Source: Squalus acanthias | Lineage: Eukaryota | Assembly: GCA_030390025.1 (NCBI GenBank) | Contig: CM059431.1 | Coordinates: 128,590,001-128,654,000, forward strand | Direction: 5' to 3' | Length of the DNA stretch: 64,000 nt | Shown: in pieces, positions 47,274 to 60,400 of the stretch | How positions within the stretch are numbered: the stretch's first letter is position 1 | Layout of the letters: each line of letters begins with the position of its first letter | Translations under genes and position numbers: made by a program | Notes under the pieces: generated by a model | The model's database searches: none | The model's input: only the letters and a program-made list of their open reading frames with translations | What the model was told of the DNA's origin: nothing

Positions 47274-47923
47274 GGGTTGGATTCTCCTCGGCAAACATGC
47301 CTAAATTTGGGTAGGATAGCAGCGGAAAATGAGGGAAAATTTGGATGTTGAGGCCTACAGCTGTTTCACTGCCTGACTTGTAATTCCGAACCCCTAACCC
47401 CACCGAAACCACTGCTGCCCACTCCTTTCATCCGCTACATGAAAATGGCAATGGAGGTGTGTAATCCAGGTCCTGATGGACTTCCATCTATCCTGCCTGC
47501 GTTTAGTGTGATTCCTGGGGCTGCCATGGGGAAGGTGGCAAAAACTTGGGCAGCAACGCTAATGCTCCTGAGGTGCCCCTGTGGGGGGAGAGGGTCTTGT
47601 AGCGGCTTCCTCTCCCTCCATTCCACACCCAACACCTATCTGCTGAAGGCTCTGGTCTCAGCCAAAGCTTTCAGTGGGACATCTGGTCGAATCTTTGGAG
47701 CACCCCTGCCCCTTTAACAGCACTCCCGGCTATTGAAGCAGCGCCGATGGTCCTGCTGTAGCACTATCAAGAATTTGGATCCTTGCAGTGGTGGGCTCCC
47801 TCTTAGCTGCAAGAATCCTGACGGGAGCCTGCCCTGCATATGAGATGATCCCTGACCCAGGAAACTAAGGAGCAGGCAGTACTGTCTCATCGGATCACCA
47901 CTGCTGGGAGGAGAATCCCAGTC
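47274..47923. mobile_element. Harbinger-type MITE (~650 bp)
   Basis: GGGTTGGATTCTCCTC / GACTGGGATTCTCCTC (rc); flanks AAT and AAC. Confidence 0.6.
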
Positions 47924-48871
47924 AACATTCTAACTGCAGCCGAAGCAATGATTTGTATAGGTTTACTCGTACATCTTTGATTTTGTACTCACTGGCCCTA
48001 TTTTTAAATCTTAGGATCCCATATGCTTTGTTTACAACTTTATAAATTTGCCCTTTCACTTTGTGCAGCAGTTACTGAATTACTATTTACATGCTTTTAC
48101 CACAACATTTTGTTTTGTTGGATTCAGCACTTTTTTCTATATGAAACAATCAGTAGGATGTTTAACAAGATGTAAATTTACAAACTAAGTCAACATATCT
48201 AGGTTGGAAGGGCAGTGAGGGGAAAAACAACCCTAAAAATGAGAAATTCAGGATCAGTAAAAGGGAAGCAAAGTCATTACACTAAAGTAGAGAGTTCAGG
48301 CTGAGAAGCTGAGAACCAGCACAGAAGATTTAATATTTGTGACTGAAAGGATGAGCTAGCCTATAATTCAGAGCCACTTAGAGATGACAGTGCACAAAGT
48401 GACACTGTGGGGATTCTGCCAGTAAATAAGTCATTGCAGCTCTCCATTTTAAAAGCCAGACTGCCCTTGCAGCCTTCCTGTTGCAAGAAACATCTGTTTC
48501 TCTTTCTTTTTATCTCCCATCCGTTCACACACAGACAAGGATCAAAGCTTTCTAACACAATGGGCGTGAGGTGTTTTTTGATTACCTACACCAGCCAACG
48601 AATTGCTTATTGTTTAGTGTCTGGGACAAACAATTCCATTTTGCATGTTAACCACCTTTAATCTGGGTGCTTTTTAAAAACTGCTGAGAATACAATTTGA
48701 ATAAGAACAACATTAAAAGTAACTTTTTTTATAAATAAAATTAGCCATAAAATCCTGAAACGTGACAGGTTGTAATAGTCAAACTAAGCATCCAATGATT
48801 CAAGATGATAATGATGGTGATGACGAAGACAAGCTTCTTGAAAGGCCATTAGAGTGGTGAATGATTAGTAC

Positions 48872-49243
48872 GTATAAAATTCTGACAGGGCTAGACAGAT
48901 TAAATGCAGGGAGGATGTTTCCACTGGCTGGGGGGTCTAGAACGAGGGGTCAGGATACGGGGTAGGACATTTAGGACTGAGATGAGGAGAAATTTCTTCA
49001 CTCAGAGGGTGGTGAACCTGTGGAATTCTCTACCACAGAAGGCTGTGGATGCCAAGTCACTGAATATATTTAAGAAGGAGATAGATAGATTTCTAGACAC
49101 AAAAGGCATCAAGGGGTATGGGGAGAGAGCGGGAATATGGTATTGAGATAGAGGATCAGCCATGATCATATTGAATGGCGGAGCAGGCTCGAAGGGCCGA
49201 ATGGCCTACTCCTGCTCCTATTTTTCTATTTTTCTATGTTTCT
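48872..49243 (+). mobile_element. 5'-truncated CR1 3' end
   Basis: FRTEMRRNFFTQRVVNLWNSLPQKAV; TTTCTATG tail. Confidence 0.9.
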
Positions 49244-50274
49244 AAGTATTAACATCGTTTCTCCGCAGAACAAATATTGGTTTGAAAAAGGAAAAGAAGG
49301 GATTTCAGATTATTTATATAGTTTACTTTATTACTTTCAGACAAATTAGGTTGATTAGTAATATTGGGCATGGCATGGGAGCCCACCAAATTGTAGTGTT
49401 AGAGGATATGCTTGAGGATGTTTTTATTTATGATTAGATGTTCTATCTATTCCTCCTAACCAATAAGGTTCTTGAAACATTAAGGTCAAGTGCTTATAGA
49501 TTTATTAACTATACAGTACTGTACATGTAATAATACTATAGTAGTTACAACCACACCTGATGATTGTGGGATTCTGAGCTCATTATTCAGGTTGATCGAA
49601 CCTTCGAAGTCCAAATTCCCATTGCAATTCGCTGGTTTATACACCTTTAACTGCTTACAGGCCTCTCATCAAAATGTCCTTATATGGCAGGCTCAGCTTG
49701 TTAACATGTAACTTTAACATCTCTAAACTACAGAGTACAAGAATAATGGATCATTTTACAATACTTCTATTGATTGGCATGGTTTAAGATGGCTCCATTT
49801 CTCAAACATCTTGCTTTCCACTTTCTCAGGCTCCTTATCACCCTTTCCCAAATGATTCTAAGTCAGCTAGTTCCGGACAGTAAATGTGGAGGTCTTACCA
49901 GCCTTGGGTGGTCCTCTTTAGCTGTTCAGTAGAAAGACAAATGCATGAAATTCTCTGCTGTACAACTTTTGCTGTTCTTTAAACTACATATTAGCCCTTT
50001 TCTACCCATATCTCCTAACAGTGGACAAGAAATTGCACATGTGCAATTAAAGGGCTGCAGTTAAAACTTAAAGGACTGTGGTCACTTAAGACCTCTATGA
50101 GGCAAAACATTTTTGGAATCTTTATAATAACAGAAAAAATATTTTCCTAAACTTCCAAAGTGCTGTACGGAGCAAATAAAGTCGGTGTCAAAATCCAGTG
50201 ACAGCCAAAATAAATGTGGAAATAGGTATAAAGTCTGTGAGCAAGTGGTGGAGCAGCACAGCACCCAAATCCCC

Positions 50275-50484
50275 TGTTTGATAGGCAGTGAAGTGGAGCT
50301 CCTGCTGTATGAGGTGGGTGTGATGAGGGTTGTCCTGTATGGTACTGCAGGACTCCCTCCTCAGAGGACAGCAGTGCATCATGCCTGGCAGAAGATGGGA
50401 GCCAGAGTCAATGCTGTGTGCACCACCATTACAGCTTAGGAACAGATGTGGAAGAAGTTGGCACAACTTAAGAAAGTTGTCAAG
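50275..50484 (+). pseudogene. Ancient Harbinger Myb/SANT exon 1 relic
   Basis: EVELLLYEV..RVVLYG..AWQKMGARVNAV..EQMWKKLAQLKKVVK|gtgaga. Confidence 0.6.
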
Positions 50485-50798
50485 GTGAGACTATTGAAAC
50501 GTATAGTTTATCAGGTAGATGGCCCAAGAATACATGCTACAAAATGTTGCCTGTCAGCCACTGGCTATTTACCGCTGGTGCATGTCAAGCCCTCTCACAG
50601 CCTTACATAACAGCTGACCGAGAAGTCCCATAGTCTAACAGGGCACACATTCAAGCTGAAATTACAATTGAAAACCTTGGGCACATTCATATCTTCAAAG
50701 GGCTTCATACATCAAAACACTGTAACACAACCTAGCTACACGATGCACAGTCACTCGCTGACATACCAGATGAGTTGCAATTTGGGTATTTGTCACTG

Positions 50799-53700
50799 CA
50801 TAAGAACATAAGAACTAAGAGCAGGAGTAGGCCATACGGCCCCTCGAGCCTGCTCCGCCATTCAATAAGATCATGGCTGATCATCGACCTCAACTCCACT
50901 TTCCTGCCCGATCGCCATGTCCCTTGATTCCCCTCTATCTATCTCAGCCTTGAATATACTCAAAGACTCAGCATTCACAGCCCTCTGGGGCAGACAATTC
51001 CAAAGATTCACAACCCTCTGAGTGAAGAAATTCCTCCTCATCTCAGTCTTAAAGTCAACCATTATCCTGAGACTATGCCCCTAGTTCTAGACTCTCCAGC
51101 CAGAGGAAACAACCTCTCAGCATCTACCCTGTCAATCCCCTTCAGAATCTTGTATGTTTCAATGAGATCATCTTTCATTCTTCTAAACTCCAGAGAGTAT
51201 AGGCCCATTCTACACAATCTCTCATCATAGGACAGCCCTCTCATCCCAGGAATCAATCTAGTGAACCTTCATTGCACCGCCACCAAGGCAAGTATATCCT
51301 TCCTTAGATAAGGAGACCAAAACTGTGCACAGTACTCCAGGTGTGGTCTCACCAAGGCCCTGTACAATTCTAGCAAGACTTCCTTACTCTTATACTCCAG
51401 CCCCCTTGCAATAAAGGCCAACATGCCATTTGCCTTCCTTAATGCTTGCTGTACCTGCATGCTAGCTTTCTGTATTTCTTGCACGAGGACACCCAAATCT
51501 CTCTGAAAACCAACATTTGAAAGTTTCTCACTATTTTAAAAATATTCTGTTTTTCTATTCTTCCTACCAAAGTGAATAACCTCCATTTCCCTACATTATA
51601 CTTCATCTGCCAACTTACTGCCCACTCACTTAGTCTATCTATATCCCTTTGCAGACTCTTTGGCCGCGATTTTGTAAATGGATGCAGGTTGGGAGCGGGT
51701 CAAGTGGTTTCCTACTTCCAGTCCCGCCCCCAACTACATCCAGCCCACGGACGTGATTTTACGCTGATTGATTTGTTAAGCCCACCCTGCGGGCTTACCG
51801 GCCAATTAAGAGGAAACCAATTAGATGACGTAATTTGATGATGCGTCATCTGACAGTTTTCTTAAAGGGACCACGCACAATGTTTCTTTGACAGCTCATT
51901 TCTCAGTGTTTGACAGCGTTGAGGTGCTGCAAACACTGACAATCACTGTACAAAGGTGAGCTCTTGCAACCAGGCTCTCCAGTAACTCCCTCCTTTACTG
52001 GGACCTCTTAGGCTGGAACAGATGGCAGCTGCAGGTGAGGTTACAGAAGTGATCTGTCACTAGTGAGAGAGGTTCTCCCAATAAGGTGGGACTAGACATC
52101 GATTTCAAAACTTTTTAACTACAGAAAAGTGTCAAAGCATTAAAAATGATTTCCCCAACATTTCCTTACCTCTGAAACTCACCAGTGCACCATAGGATCC
52201 TTCACCCCACTTCTGCAGCTGTCATCAATGCAGAAACATTACAGCAGACTCACAACACGCCACACTTACTTGGCATGGTGTCCGGGTGTCAGGAACCCCT
52301 AGGCAGAAGCAGCAAAATAGAAAAAGAGCCTGTTAACTACTATCAAGTACCTGTTAACAGGCAGGTAAGTGGCTTTAATCCTCTTCCCGCCGCCAGTTGT
52401 CGGGTCCATGTACAAATCGGGGACCCGACACATGGGAAAATTATTTGGAGGCGGGTTGGCCCACCGCCAATCAAAATGATTTTGACCCTTGACCTGCCTC
52501 CAAACTCACCCTCTCAGTGCTGATAAATTGCGGCCTTTGTGTTCTCCTCATAGCTTACTGTCCCAACTAGCTTTGTATCATCAGCAAACTTGGATACATT
52601 ACACTAGGTCCCTTCATCTAGGTCATTAATATAGATTGTAAATAGCTGAGGCCCCAACACTGATCCTTGCAGCACCCGACTATTTACAGCCTGCCAACCT
52701 GAAAAAGATCTATTTATCCCTACTCTCTGTTTTTTGTCCGTTAACCAATCCTCTATCCATGCTATTATATTACCCCCAACCCCATGAGCCCTAATCTTGT
52801 GTAATAACCTTTTATGTGGCACCTTATCAAATGCTTTTTGGAAATCCAAATATACTACATCCACTGGTTCCCCTTATCTACCCTGCTAGTTACACCCTCA
52901 AAAAACTCTAATAAATTTGTCAAACATGATTTTCCTTTCATAAAACCATGTTGACTCTGCCTAATCATGTTATGATTTTCTAAGTGACTTGATACCACTT
53001 CCTTAACAATGGATTCCAGTATTTTCCCGATGACTGATGTCAGGCTAACTGGCCTGTAGTTCCCTGTTTTTTCTCTCCTTGCTTTCTTGAATAGCGGTGC
53101 TACATTTGTGACCTTTCAATTCACTGGGACCGTTCTAGAATCTAGGGAATTTTGGAAGATCAAAACCAATGCATCCACTATCTCTTCAGCCACCTCTTTT
53201 AGAACCCTAGGATGAAGGCCATCAGTCCAGGGGATTTGTCGGCTTTTAGTCCCATTAGTTTCTCGAGTACTTTTTCTCTACTTATATTAATTACGTTAAG
53301 TTCCTCACGCGCATTAGACCCTTGGTTCCCCACCATTTTTGGTATGCTTTTTGTGTCTTCTACTGTGAAGACAGATACAAAATATTTGTTTAACATTTCA
53401 GCCATTTCCTTATTCCCCATTATAATTTCTCCTGTTTCAGCCTCTAAGGGACCAACGTTTACTTTTGCTACTCTTTTCCTTTTTACATACTCTTACAATC
53501 TGCTTTTATATTTCTTGCTAGTTTTCTCTCATATTCTATTTTTTCCCTTTTCATCAATTTTTTGGTCAACCTTTGCTGGTTTCTGAAACTCTCCCAATCC
53601 TCAGGCTTACTATTATTCTTTGCAACATTATACGCTTCTTCTTTCAATCTAATGCTATCCTTAACTTCTTTAGTTAGCCACGGTTGGATCACTTTTCCTG

Positions 53701-54161
53701 TGGAGTTTTTGTTTCACAATGGAATGTATTTTTGTTGAGGATTATGAAATATTTATTTAAATGCTAGCCACTGCTTATCTACCGCCATACCTTTTAATCT
53801 ATTTTTCCAATCTATCTTAGCCGACTCGCCCCTCATACCTATGTAATTGGCTTTATTTAAGTTTAAGACTCTAGTTTCGGACTTAGGCAAGTCACTCTCA
53901 AAGTTAATGTGAAATTCTATCATATTATGATCACTCTGCCCCAGAGCATCCTTTACTATGAGATTGCTAATTAACCCTGTCTCATTACACAATACAAGAT
54001 CTAAAATAGCCTGTTCCCTGGTTGGTTCCATGACATATTGTTCTAGGAAACTGTCCCGAATGCGTTCCATGAACTCGTCCTCCAGACTACCTTTGCCAAT
54101 TTGATTTGTCCAGTCTATATGAAGATTAAAGTCCCCCAAGATTATTGCATTACCTTTGTTG
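50799..54161 (-). mobile_element. 5'-truncated CR1 LINE (partial EN plus RT) split by a MITE
   Basis: GDFNLHIDW, SDHNMIEF, YLDFQKAFDKVPH, VRPHLEYCAQFWSP; CATAAGAA tail. Confidence 0.95.
51662..52535. mobile_element. Harbinger non-autonomous element (874 bp)
   Basis: TIRs GGCCGCGATTTT / GGCCGCAATTTA (rc); TSD TTT; the CR1 resumes exactly. Confidence 0.9.
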
Positions 54162-54872
54162 CATAAACTCCTTCAGCTTATAAACCTGAAGACTATTTCA
54201 ATGCTTGCATGACAATATGGCACAGAATACAAGGAAAAGTATCTGAACTGGAAGCGGGCTCAGAAAATACAAGCTTTACCTTCCTTTTTGAGAAGGCCAC
54301 AAACTGTATTCTATGGGATGACTGCAGCTATGCTGGTGCTTGGGGTAATGTATTGTTCTGTGACCCTCATGGTGCTGTTCAGTTGCTTTTCCATCAAAAG
54401 GTCGAATGTTACAATGTTGGTTCTAAGGAGACTTTAACCAGATACTGGATGGAATTTGACAGGGACGTAAAACTGGGGTTCTGGGATTGTTCGCCCAATT
54501 TTCCTTTCTATTGAAGTGGGATGACGACAGGCCCCTGCTGCGGTTGAAAGTTCCACCCCCCATGTGATGTTTATGTGGTTGCATGTGTATGTCTGCAGTG
54601 TGTTGATTGAAAAGGAAAACCATAACTAAGAGCTGCTGTCCTTCTGCAACCCCAAAATAATACAGTAAGTATCACCCCTATACAAACACATTCACACTCA
54701 AAAACATGATAGTAAGTATCCCCACACAAAAACACACAAATATGCCCAAAAATATCATAGTGAACATCTCAAACTATACCAGAAAATATATAAGTATATA
54801 TCTCTGAATATACCAGAAAATATACTATAGATAAATATCCCTAACTATACTAGGAAGTATATTATAGACCAT

Positions 54873-55840
54873 TCAGGGAGGCCAACTAGCAGGCAAAAAA
54901 ATGCAACCTTTAAGTATGTGGCAGCAAGACACGAACTGGCACACAATCGGGCAAAGAAATCTCACCTGGTATTTGGATGATGGCAGGCCTGAGATCAGTA
55001 AACAAATGTAGCTTGGCAGTTGAGAGTGGGGAAGGGATGGTGATTGGCTGAGAGCGAAGACAGGCAGTGTATGCAAACATAAGGGGCTAGAACTTGTGGT
55101 CAGAGGCATACCTCCGGGGTACGCCTCCGACCCGTGAAACCTTTACAAACCTACCTCCAGGCGCCCCGGCTGCGTAGAGTTCCAGTCTCGGGCCTCCAGG
55201 CATATGGCAGCATAAAGGCCCACGGATCCCAGGGACGCAGGCGGTTCGGAAGGGTCCATGGGGTCATGTGAGCCCAGTCCTTCAATCACAAAGGAGAATT
55301 CCATCGCAATCATTTACAAAGGGAATCCCCTAATGACATGCAATGGAATCCCCAAATAATTATACAATGAACAGAATTCTAATAAATATAAATGTACTGA
55401 ATTGCAATTTTATTCATAAGCCCCTTCATTGCACCAACCTTAATAAAAATGTAATTTTTTGATAAATAATTTTAAACATCTTAATCCAGGCCAATATTTG
55501 CAAAAACTCATTTAAAGTTGTATGTGCATATTTTTTTTATTTTTAACTGTTTAATTTAAGGCTTATATATATGCTTACGCTGATGAAAGCGGGCCCTACG
55601 CCTGCTTTTACCAGCCATAAGTGTTTCATGGGCAGGTGTTGGACAAATATCTCAACTCTGCTCCAGCAATACTGATTTTCCATGTGGTTCGGATGATCTG
55701 TCAAGGCATACCTTGAAAGATCGCAAGTTGCGGAATTCGCACATGCATAAGCAGAAACCTGGAAGGTGCGGGTCCTTTCAAATGGATTACGATGGCGTAC
55801 TCTGAGAGTAGGCCATCAGGGAGACCATCATTTCAGGGCC
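54873..55840. mobile_element. Probable decayed Harbinger-type MITE remnant
   Basis: Ends CATTTCAGGGCC. GC-rich flanks around an AT-rich core, as in 58579-59342. Left end not found. Confidence 0.35.
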
Positions 55841-56860
55841 ATCATTTTTAATTTTTAGATAAAATTTTAAGTTATAGTCAACTGAGGGATTTACTTATGG
55901 GAGAGACCAATGATGTTGAACGTGAGAAATTATCTAGTGTTCCATGTTTCAGCACAAAATGTCCCGCGCCTTAATAAGCACTAAAAAATATTGTGAGTTG
56001 GAAGGCTCCACAACCTAGATTTTCTAATATGGGTGCAGATTGCACCCAGATGATTAGAAACAAGGGCTGGGAACCTCTGCTGTTGCAAAATCTCAGCACA
56101 TCTTTGTCTTCATGAGAGTTCTGTCTGTCACAATGGTGCATCTGGCTGACCTTCCAGGAAGTGCCCAGGGAACAGCTGTGACAGGCCCACAGTGACTACC
56201 ACAGTATGCATAGCCAGTGGCCTTGGGACTGCGTGCAGAATAAAAAATATTTATATATAACATAAGCCTGTCATTTGTGTCTAATCCTGATGCACCTGTT
56301 CATAATTGATGTTGCCAGATGGGGCAGAAAATACAAAATGTGGCTCCTGAAGAACTTTTCACTACGCTAGAGCCAACCTAACTCCAGTAGAAAATCTTAT
56401 CTACATTTTGCACTGACACAAACGGAATGCTATTTGTGCCCAGGTTTCTAATTTCAACTCATTAACACAGTTGAGGGTCAAAATTTGGATCTGTGAACGA
56501 AGCACATTAGTTGCGAGAGGGAAAAATAGTCCTCCGAGGTGATGAGGAGGAGGATGAAGAGGTCAGTGAAGGAAGAGGCCCTCTTTCACCACATTGTGTG
56601 GTGGCTGGCTGGGAGGAAGAGGAGGAGCTTCTGTGAAACCCAATTCCAGTTGTTCAAGAAAATTGGAGGGAAATAATCTGCAATTGTTTCCAATAAGGAT
56701 TAATCACGGCTTTCATATTGGATCATGAGAGAGTGAGAGATCTCTCCCCGCCAACCCCCCCCCCACCCCGCGCAACATCCCCCCCCGCCCCCCGCCGCTC
56801 CAATCACCCTGCTATGAGCAGTATTCCTCAATACAATAAATCATTGGCCCTATCAAGACT

Positions 56861-57069
56861 AAGTCACTCCCTCACTATATCACCATAACTATCAAGGGAG
56901 TGGTGATATTCATCTTATTCAGTAGCGCAAAATGGGTGATAGTGAATCGGCCGCCTGTTATATGCCCTGCCGACATTCAATTTCATTAACTTCATGCAAT
57001 ACAGCCCATTTTACGGTACCATCCAAGACAAATTTCACTCCCCTTGTGGTGATAGTGAGGGAGCGACTT
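56861..57069. repeat. Short element with long imperfect terminal inverted repeats
   Basis: AAGTCACTCCCTCACTATATCACCA..CAAGGGAGTG versus the reverse complement of the right end, AAGTCGCTCCCTCACTATCACCACAAGGGGAGTG. Confidence 0.6.
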
Positions 57070-57466
57070 TTATTTTTTTCCATTTAAGTGTTTAGAAAAC
57101 AGTGGAAAGTTAGCTATGCCTGTAACAGGAACATATAGTATTGCTGCCAATTAACTATTGTAATTCAAAAGTCCACACTATTCCAGGGCACATTTCACTG
57201 TAAGTGGTTCCACTGTTAGCTCCTTTTTTAAATTTAAGTTTAATGTGGTTGCATAGTATTGCCTTAGTTTTGTGAATTTAACTTAATAAAATTCATTCTT
57301 CTTTATTTGATTTCACCAATTGAATTTCTGAACATTGATACTTTCTATGTAGTGGAAATACATGCGCCCACAACCCAGGAATGAATATAAAAAAGAATTA
57401 TGGGATTAACAATATAGAAAATGCACATAAACAATTCTAAATAATAACCACTCACATTAATTTTCA

Positions 57467-60400
57467 TATAGAAACATAGAAACATAGAAGATAGGAGCAG
57501 GAGTAGGCCATTCGGCCCCTTGAGCCTGCTCCGCCATTCAATGAGATCATGGCTGATCATCCAAATTCAGTAACCTGTCCCTGCTTTCTCCCCATATCCC
57601 TTGATCCCCTTAGCCTTAAGAAATATATCTTAACTCCTTCCTGAATATATTTAATGAATTGGAATCAACTGTCTTCTGTGGTAGAGAATTCCACAGGTTC
57701 ACCACTCTCTGGGTGAAGAAATTCCTCCTCATCTCAGTCCTAAATGGCTTACCCCTATCCTTAGACTGTGACCCCTGGTTCTGGACTCCCCCGCCATCGG
57801 GAACATCCTTCCTGCATCTAGTCTGTCTAGTCCTGTTAGAATTTTATAAGTTTCAATGAGATCCCCTCTCATTCTTCTAAACTCTAGCGAATACAAGCCC
57901 AATCGACCCAAATCTCTCTTCATACGTCATTCCTGCCATCCCAGGTATCAGTCTGGTGAATCTTCGCTGCACTCCCTCCATGGCAAGAACATCCTTCCTC
58001 AGGTAAGGCGACCAAAACTGCACACAATACTCAAGGTGTGGTCTCACCAAAGCCCTGTACAACTGCAGCAAAACCTCCTTGCTCCTGTACTCGAATCCTC
58101 TTGCTACGAAGGCCAACATACCATTTGCCTTCTTAACCACCTGCTGCACCTGCATGCTTACCTTCAGCGACGTACACAAGGACACCCAGCTCTCATTGCA
58201 CTTCCCCTTTTCCCAATCTATCGCCGTTCAGATAATAATCTGCCTTCCTGTTTTTGCCACCAAAGTGGATAACCTCGCATTTATCCACATTATACTGCAT
58301 TTGCCATGCATCTGCCCAATCATCCAACCTGTCCAAATCATACTGGAGTTTCTCTGCATCCTCCTCACAGCACACACACCCACCCAGCTTTGTGTCATCT
58401 GCAAACTTGGAGATATTACATCTAGTTCCCGCGTCTAGATCATTAATATATATTGTGAATAACTGGGGTCCTAGCACTGATACCTGCGGTACCCCACTAG
58501 TCACTGCCTGCCACTTGGAAAAAGACCCGTTTATTCCAACTCTTTGCTTCCTGTCTGCCAACCAGTTTTCTATCCACTGGGGCAGAAATTAGGCTCGCCA
58601 TGGGTGAGTACGCACTATGCACTCACCCGTGGACGGAACGAAAGTGCCAGTTTCCTGCATGCACTGCGCATGCGTGGGAAACCGGCACTTCCGTTCCCCT
58701 GAAGGAAGGGTTTCAGAGGTAGAACGCGCATGCCGGAGGGCCAGCGCGTTCGCCTCGCACTTCGGGTTTTTTTACAGGTTCCTCCGTGAGGGTAAGCACG
58801 GAGAAGATACACACTGAAAAAGGAGGCGCAAGGCCTTCTTTTAACAAGGTAAGTGTTGATTTTATTAAAATTTTAACATTTTTTTCACAGATTTATCTTT
58901 TTTAATTACTTTAAAGAAAGGTAAGTTTAGTTTTAGCCCCGTTAAAAAGTGAAATTATTTTTTTCAAAAATGTAAATGTTAATTAAAATAGTTAATTTAT
59001 GATATTTATAGTTATTTTAAAAATGTGATGTTTTTTTTAAATTTATTTGTAGTTTTAGGGAGGTTTTGGGGCCGATTTGTATTCATAGATTTGACAGGTC
59101 TTCCTGTCAAATCTATGAATGAAAGATGGTCTGCTGCCATTGGCTCTCCATGGCCCACGTGATCCCAGGGGATGCATCGCACTAACTACGCCCCTGGGAT
59201 ACGCAAGCACTGCGCGCCGGCAGTTGGAGGAGGCCCAGGAGCCGAATTCCTCGTGGGCCCAGGGATCAATGGCAGCCGCGGTAGGTAGGTGCGCGCGCGA
59301 TCCTTGCACCCGCGGGAAGCCAGGGAGCTGAATTTCTGGCCCAGTACCTTACCCCCAATTCCATGTGCTTTAACTTTGCACGTTAATCTCTTATGTGGGA
59401 CCTTATCGAAAGCCTTCTGAACATCCAAATACACCACATCCACTGGTTCTCCCTTATCTATTCTACCAGTTACATCCTCAAAAAATTCCAGTAGATTAGT
59501 CAAGCATGATTTACCTTTTGTAAATCCATGTTGACTTTGTCCAATCCTGTCACTGTTTTCCAAGTGCTCTGCTATTACATCTTTTATAATGGACTCTAGC
59601 ATTTTCCCCACTACCGATGTCAGGCTTACCGGTCTATACTTCCCTGTTTTTTCTCTACCACCTTTTTTAAATAGTGGGGTTACATTAGCTACCCTCCAAT
59701 CGATTGGAACTGTTCCAGAATCTATAGAATTTTTGAAGATGACCAGCAATACATCTACTATTTCTAGGGCCACTTCCTTAAGTACCCTAGGATGTAGATT
59801 ATCAGGCCCTGGGGATTTATCGGCCTTCAATCCCGTCAATTTCCCTAACACCATTTCCCTACAAATACTGATTTCATTCAGTTCCTCCCTCTCATTAGAC
59901 CCTATGTTCCCCGACATCTCTGGGAGATTATTTGTGTGCTCCTTTGTGAAGATAGAACCAAAGTATGTTTTTAATTGGTCGGCCATTTCTTTGTTCCCCA
60001 TTATAAATTCCCCTGATTCTGACTGCAAGGGACCTACGCTTGACTTCACCAATCTTTTTTTCTTCACATATCTATAGAAGCTTTTACAGTCAGTTTTTAT
60101 GTTCCCTGCAAGCTTACTCTCATATTCTATTTTCCCCCTCTTAATTAATCCCTTTGTCCTCCTTTGCTGAATCCTAAACTGCTCCCAATCCTCAGGTTTG
60201 CTGCTTTTTCTGGCCAATTTATATGCCCTCTCCTTGGATCTTATGCTATCCCTAATTTCCATTGTTAGCCACAGTTGAGTCACCTTTTTTGTTTTATTTT
60301 CATGCCAAACAGGGATGAACAAATTCTGTAGTTCATCCATGCGATCTTTAAATGTTTGCCATTGCCTATCCACCGTCAACCCTTTAAGTAACGTTCCCCA

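Noticed and set aside
54209..54514. 101-aa ORF in unique sequence
   Set aside because: No recognisable motif or splice support; the length is compatible with chance.
54660..54870. Degenerate AT-rich tandem repeat
   Set aside because: The period is irregular and identity low, so no unit could be defined reliably.
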